Source: Promethearchaeota archaeon
GTDB lineage: Archaea; Asgardarchaeota; Lokiarchaeia; Sigyniarchaeales; SOKP01
Direction of reading: 5' to 3'
Length of the DNA stretch: 64,000 bases
Assembly (NCBI GenBank): GCA_048938005.1
Contig: JBHLMQ010000002.1
Coordinates: 1-64,000, forward strand
The notes under the pieces were generated by a model. The model saw only the letters and a program-made list of their open reading frames with translations, did no database searches and was not told where the DNA came from. The position numbers and the translations under genes were made by a program. The stretch's first letter is position 1; each line of letters opens with the position of its first letter. This document shows, in pieces, positions 58,943-64,000 of this stretch.

Positions 58943-59647
58943 TTGTCCTTGGATATAAATGGTTGGATTGATGGAATCACTGCCTCAGGTGTAGTGATAT
59001 TTGGTATAATATTTGGTTTATTTTTTATTTATAGGGGAAAGAAAACCAATGCTAATTTGCTAATATATTTAGGTTTGGCTAATATGCTTGCTGGTCTTAT
59101 GTTCTTAGGTGTATTTATAGATTTCCTGTCTGTCATTATAATACAACAAAATATCCCAAATAATGGTATTGTCGCTATTCTATCTTATATTTGGTTTGCT
59201 CCAGTAATAATGACTGCAATGTATATAGGTGCAGAATTATTAATTCCTAAAATAAAAATACATATTATAATCCTTATCGAAATTGTTTCAATAATCTTTG
59301 AAATCGTTATATTCATAAATCCATTAGGTTCTTTTAATTTTATCCCTGATCCGCCAACGCCTCCTCCTGTAAACTTGATTGATTATAATGTTAATTTAAT
59401 AACATTAGCTGGAATGCTTATGGGTGGTATGTTATTAACAGTTCTAATCTTTTTAGGATTTGGATTTTTATATAAAGGTTTTAAATCTTCAGGAATTATA
59501 CGTAAAAATTTCTTATTATTATCTGTTGGCTCATTGTGTTTCTGCGTTTTTGGATTATTAGAAGGTTTGACTGTGCCAGGATATTTAGTGATTTTGGTAA
59601 GAATTGGATACTTAAGTAGCTTCTGGTTCATGTATTTTGGACTATAA
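58943..59647 (+). CDS. Multi-pass (about 7 TM) membrane protein, paralog of 63076..64000
   Basis: Shared pattern GW.......G..F.Y.G.KT...LL.Y.GLA, YIGA.L..PK, FI.PLGS, G.G.LYK and YFGL. Confidence 0.75.
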   Translation: MSLDINGWIDGITASGVVIFGIIFGLFFIYRGKKTNANLLIYLGLANMLAGLMFLGVFIDFLSVIIIQQNIPNNGIVAILSYIWFAPVIMTAMYIGAELLIPKIKIHIIILIEIVSIIFEIVIFINPLGSFNFIPDPPTPPPVNLIDYNVNLITLAGMLMGGMLLTVLIFLGFGFLYKGFKSSGIIRKNFLLLSVGSLCFCVFGLLEGLTVPGYLVILVRIGYLSSFWFMYFGL

Positions 59648-59770
59648 GAATAGATTTTGAAATCTTTTTTTTTTCCCTACGATTATTATTTATATAAAAA
59701 GATTTTATTATTAGTTAAAAGCGATATATTACGGTTTATTAAAGTAGAATTACTTCATTAAAAAGAATTT

Positions 59771-60823
59771 TTGGTAATCATGAAGCGGGAAATAATTACA
59801 GGGATTGTATACATTGAAATGAATGATGAGATCGGTCCAAATCCAGTTGCGTGGCTTCCCACTAAATTTACACAAATGGATCTAATCCACATAAGCATTA
59901 AAGCATTAACTATTCTCTCTGGAGAAAAAGGGCTCATCCCAGAATCTTTAGTTATACTCCCATTTCCTTCGATGAATTTAAAGGGTTTAATTAAATATAT
60001 TAAATGGGATGATCCATCAAGGCGAGGAAGTATCGGTCAATCTGCCATCGTATTACTATTCCCAGAGATGGATGATGTAATTTTCTATAAATATATTGAT
60101 GAATTATCTATTCCTTTCAATAATCTCTCTCCAGAAATAATAAATTTAGAAAAAACTGAAGGGTCTAGAGAAGATTTTATTAAGGTATTAGAACATCTTG
60201 AGTTTAATACAACCGCTCTTCTGGAAGAATTAAAACTTCAAGAAATCGCTAAACAAGAGAGTGAAGAATTCCCTGTACAGAAAATTAAAGATCGAAGCCT
60301 GATAGATTATCAATTTAAAGTAATTATAGTTGGAGACCCTAATGTTGGAAAGACGTCATTAATACTTAGATATACTGATAATGCGTTTAGGAGAAATTAT
60401 GTGCCCACATTAGGAGTAATGGTTAGTGACAAGATTTTCAAAATCGAAGATTTTGTGGTGCAATTAACACTTTGGGATATTGGTGGCCAGCAGAAATTTC
60501 AGACTATGAGGCAGCAATTTTATCGCGGTTCTGATGCAGTCTTCCTTGTATTTGATTTAACGAGGCCAGAATCGTTCAATAATATTCCCAAATGGTATGC
60601 TGATGTTCTCGATCAATTAAAAGATCGATCTGAGGAATTAATAGGTTTTATCATTGGGAATAAAAACGATTTAGGAGATCAGAGAAAAATAACCGACGAA
60701 ATGGCAAATCAGTTAGCAAGTCAATTAGAACTAGAATTTATCGATACATCGGCACTATTAGGAGGGAACGTAGATTATGCTTTTTCTAAAATAGCTAAAT
60801 ATTTATTGAAATCACGTATGTAA
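59771..60823 (+). CDS. Longin/uDENN-like domain fused to a Rab-like GTPase
   Basis: YIEMNDEIGPNP and ILPFP; then FKVIIVGDPNVGKTSL, PTLGV, WDIGGQQKF, GNKND and TSAL; no C-terminal prenylation Cys. Confidence 0.88.
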   Translation: MVIMKREIITGIVYIEMNDEIGPNPVAWLPTKFTQMDLIHISIKALTILSGEKGLIPESLVILPFPSMNLKGLIKYIKWDDPSRRGSIGQSAIVLLFPEMDDVIFYKYIDELSIPFNNLSPEIINLEKTEGSREDFIKVLEHLEFNTTALLEELKLQEIAKQESEEFPVQKIKDRSLIDYQFKVIIVGDPNVGKTSLILRYTDNAFRRNYVPTLGVMVSDKIFKIEDFVVQLTLWDIGGQQKFQTMRQQFYRGSDAVFLVFDLTRPESFNNIPKWYADVLDQLKDRSEELIGFIIGNKNDLGDQRKITDEMANQLASQLELEFIDTSALLGGNVDYAFSKIAKYLLKSRM

Positions 60824-61189
60824 TTACAGTACAAAAATTCATTGAAATTGAGTTTTATTTAATTTTGGTATCAGCTTTATACTAATTTTATAACACCATA
60901 GAAATGTCTAAATATTACTCTAATATGTATGTTATTTCGTAAAAGTTCGGTTTCACGAATTATTGGATTAGATATTATACTTTCATCTTAAAAAGAAAGA
61001 TTTTTCTTGCATTTTAATTAGATAAGTTCCTTATTCCTTTTCTTTTTGCACCATAAAGCTAAATCTAGTATTGATTAAGGGTATTATTTTGACAAATAAA
61101 TAATCAAGCAACTTACAATATACGACGAAAATTAGTAAAAACAATACTCTGTATTAATTTAAATATAAATATCACAATATAACTTTACT

Positions 61190-61687
61190 ATGAAAGATGA
61201 GAGTATAGAAACTTTTAATACATCTATTATAAAAATAGATGGTAGCAATAATTTTAAAAAATGTTCTAAATGTAAGCAAACTTATCCTGCTATTCCTGAA
61301 TTTTTCTATAAGCATAGTAATAGAAAAGATGGTCTTGATCCATGGTGTAAAGAGTGTAAGAAAGAATATGATAAAACATATCATAAATTTAAGAAGTTCA
61401 ATATCTCATTAAAACAGTATAAGAAAATGTTTATAGAGCAAGACAGTCGGTGTCTTATATGTGGAAGATATTTCGATGATATTTATAGAAATCTGAAACA
61501 AAATCATGTGTATTATACACCCAGAATTGATCACGACCACAAATCAGGAAAAGTAAGAGGTATTTTATGTCACCATTGTAATACTGCTTTAGGAAGTTTT
61601 AATGAAAATCCTTTCATTTTAGTTAGGGCATTAAAATATTTAAAAGAGAACAAAAAGAAGAAATCCGATTTTAAACTTAAATTTTAA
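61190..61687 (+). CDS. Endonuclease VII-like (His-Me finger) protein with N-terminal Zn finger
   Basis: KCSKC...FY...DGL..WCKEC, then Q...CLICG...IDHDHKSGKVRGILCHHCNTALG. Confidence 0.87.
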   Translation: MKDESIETFNTSIIKIDGSNNFKKCSKCKQTYPAIPEFFYKHSNRKDGLDPWCKECKKEYDKTYHKFKKFNISLKQYKKMFIEQDSRCLICGRYFDDIYRNLKQNHVYYTPRIDHDHKSGKVRGILCHHCNTALGSFNENPFILVRALKYLKENKKKKSDFKLKF

Positions 61688-61870
61688 TATTTTTGAATTA
61701 TTTGGTAAAGAAACAAGTATTTTTTATAATATTTGAGGATATAGATTTTATACTAAATTTGAGTTTCATGAATTTCTATTTATAAGTATGAAAACCATCA
61801 TATTTACAAATTTTTGTTAATTTTAAATTTATAATTAAATCAAGATAATAAAGGTAGGTTTGAATAAAGA

Positions 61871-62446
61871 ATGAATTTAGAAGATATTATTTATAAAAGA
61901 AGAACAATCAGAAGATTCAAACAAGATCCTATCTCATTAGATATCTTAAAAAAGTTAATTGATTTTGCCCGTTTAGCTCCTACGGCTATCAATATTCAAA
62001 GTTTAGAATTTATAATAGTTGAGAATGCTGATATACGAGAAAAACTTTTCCATTTAGTAAATTTTGCATCTTTACTTCCACAAGATCAAAGAACTCCTGA
62101 AAAAGGAAGAGAACCTACCGCTTACATAATTGTACTTGTAAATACAAAAATTAGAATTGTACTTGTTGATTTTAATGTTGGTGCTGCTGTTGAAAATATT
62201 TTGCTTGGAGCCGTTAATTTTGGGATAGGGAGTTGCTGGATGGCTAATATCAATAGAAATAAAATTCGAGAATTATTTGAAATTCCGGAATATTACGACA
62301 TAAAACATGTTATTAGCTTAGGGTATCCAGATGAAGAATCTGTCGTGGAGCCCTATCAAGACTCTTTTAAATATTGGAAAGACGATGATGGGCGTATGCA
62401 CATACCAAAAAGAGCTTTGGATGATATTATATTTAAAATATATTAA
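61871..62446 (+). CDS. Nitroreductase family protein
   Basis: RRTIRRF, ARLAPTA.N.Q, G.A.ENI.L.A...GIGSCW and LGYP. Confidence 0.92.
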   Translation: MNLEDIIYKRRTIRRFKQDPISLDILKKLIDFARLAPTAINIQSLEFIIVENADIREKLFHLVNFASLLPQDQRTPEKGREPTAYIIVLVNTKIRIVLVDFNVGAAVENILLGAVNFGIGSCWMANINRNKIRELFEIPEYYDIKHVISLGYPDEESVVEPYQDSFKYWKDDDGRMHIPKRALDDIIFKIY

Positions 62447-62653
62447 GATTAAGTAAATAAATAGAACGATCCATGTTTTTGTTTACGCAATACCCAATAT
62501 TTTTAGGGTTATGATTATATGATAAAAAAATTTTTTATTTAAACTTTTTTTCATTCTTTAAACTACCTTTAATTAATTATACATAATATTAATTAATTCT
62601 TTAAACTCTATATTAATTAAAAACAAAATAAAAACAAATGGAGGAAACTAATA

Positions 62654-62884
62654 ATGACCGCAAGTGAACAGAAAATAATTCCCATTTTAAAAGAATTCCC
62701 TAAATACGAGATTTTAGATAAAATAGAAAAAGAATTGAAAAAAGAGGTAAAATTAGTTACTACAGTAGAGCGTGTTTTTGACCCTATTCAAAAACGAAGA
62801 GATGAAAAAAAGTGGAAGCAAACTTTGGGATATTATCTTCTACATCCAGAAAAATTTAAGTTTGGATTAAGAGATTTAAAATAA
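62654..62884 (+). CDS. Hypothetical protein
   Basis: 76-aa ORF with a strong GGAGG SD and a downstream T-tract. Confidence 0.65.
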   Translation: MTASEQKIIPILKEFPKYEILDKIEKELKKEVKLVTTVERVFDPIQKRRDEKKWKQTLGYYLLHPEKFKFGLRDLK

Positions 62885-63075
62885 TAAAATTTGTATTTTT
62901 TTTTTCTTTTTTTTTTAAAATTCGTAAGTTAACTAAAATCTAGTTAAATTTAATATTGAAGCTCTTAATAAAATATTTATATAATACCATCTAATAACTA
63001 ACTTGATTGAATTCAATTATATGAATATTATTCAATAAAAATTAAAATTTGATATTTATTTGGGTGAAATTGTAA

Positions 63076-64000
63076 ATGCTATCTGATGTAGGTTGGCTTA
63101 ATGTTATCTCAATAATGGGAATTCTTATTTTTGGTTGTTCAATTGGAATATTCTTTATGTACAAAGGGAGAAAAACAAAGGTTAAACTCCTCTTTTATAT
63201 GGGTTTGGCTATTTTTTTCAATGGATTATGGTATTGGGGAAATTTTTGGGAAAGCTTTTCAATTCTTATTACAGGGAATAACTTCGAAATAGGTGTCTCA
63301 TACGAATTGCAGGCTATAATGAGCTTTATGTGGGTTGGGCCATCAACATTTTTTGCATGGTATGTCGGTGCTACTCTAGTAATGCCGAAACAAAAATGGT
63401 ATTTTATTAGTTTTGGTCTAATTCTAGGGATTTTATATGAATTATTTCTTTTTATAGATCCACTAGGCTCTATTTATATTTACGTTCCAGTACCCGCAAA
63501 TTCAGATTTAGTTGATGAAAATCTTATTCCTAACACACCTTTATCTATTATAGTGACTCTATACATAACATTTGGTGTAACTTTTATAGGTTTAGGCTAT
63601 TTGTATAAAAGTATTCAATCGAAAGATGTCTTAAAAAAAAAATATCTTTATTTGTCAGCAGGTTATATTTTTGTAGTCTTATTCTCAACAATAGAAGGCT
63701 TCGGCGCTGTTGGGATTACTTTATTTTTTTCTAGGGTGGGTATTATTGTAAGTTTTGGGTTTAATTATTTTGGTTTAAGAGAAGAGCCTATTAAAATTGA
63801 AAAAATAACTACTAAAAAAGAATTTGAAGTTGAAGATTCAATATTTAGAATTGCAAAAAGACCTGCTCGAATAACCGAGGAGGAAGTAACTTATTACAGA
63901 GAGCAGAAAATATGTTTGATGTGTAAAGGAAAAGCAGGAGGATTCAATACTTATATTTGTACCGAGTGTGATGCTATATATCATGAAGATTGTGCACGTG
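63076..64000 (+). CDS. About 7-TM membrane protein with cytoplasmic RING/PHD-like Zn finger; runs off the window end
   Basis: Manual translation from ATG 63076 after GGTGA: MLSDVGWLNVISIMG...YFGLREEP...KRPARITEEEVTYYREQKICLMCKGKAGGFNTYICTECDAIYHEDCAR. Confidence 0.8.
   Translation, partial: MLSDVGWLNVISIMGILIFGCSIGIFFMYKGRKTKVKLLFYMGLAIFFNGLWYWGNFWESFSILITGNNFEIGVSYELQAIMSFMWVGPSTFFAWYVGATLVMPKQKWYFISFGLILGILYELFLFIDPLGSIYIYVPVPANSDLVDENLIPNTPLSIIVTLYITFGVTFIGLGYLYKSIQSKDVLKKKYLYLSAGYIFVVLFSTIEGFGAVGITLFFSRVGIIVSFGFNYFGLREEPIKIEKITTKKEFEVEDSIFRIAKRPARITEEEVTYYREQKICLMCKGKAGGFNTYICTECDAIYHEDCAR

Noticed and set aside
1356-61384. Many 60-175 aa ORFs antisense to or overlapping real genes (e.g. 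1995-2300, 18336-18665, 34524-35051, 40824-41162, 45546-45923, 51398-51730)
   Set aside because: They are shadow frames of well-supported genes, with Ser/Phe/Ile-rich composition and no motifs.
58771-62900. Provirus or integrative element at tRNA-Pro
   Set aside because: No integrase, no duplicated tRNA 3' end seen in the window, and the neighbours are typical chromosomal genes.

Overview
AT-rich archaeal chromosomal window, most likely Asgard (Lokiarchaeia). The basis is four small GTPases fused to longin/uDENN-like and/or roadblock domains, roadblock and longin proteins, an IPGF sorting signal plus an archaeosortase, GGTG-type Shine-Dalgarno motifs and a UGA-containing hydrogenase peptide. 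The left 15 kb is the most unusual part. A System I cytochrome c maturation cluster (ccmF-A-B convergent with ccmC-D-E) is flanked by three homologous exported proteins that lack CxxCH and instead carry H-x(2-4)-C-H near the mature N-terminus. The Ccm proteins are themselves altered: CcmE ends two residues into its heme motif, CcmC has an expanded WWD loop, and CcmF lacks its C-terminal soluble domain. Next come two divergent Cys-tailed Lrp/AsnC paralogs and a group 3c hydrogenase-hdrCB cluster whose large subunit is split, with a 49-aa VhuU selenopeptide missed by the ORF track and a candidate SECIS. The rest is housekeeping and Asgard-type signalling genes, tRNA-Pro(CGG), a degenerate NrdD, a Zn-finger pseudogene, a candidate ncRNA and a solitary endonuclease VII gene. 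No CRISPR array, rRNA, transposase or integrase was seen. All calls come from motif recognition by eye; no searches were run.
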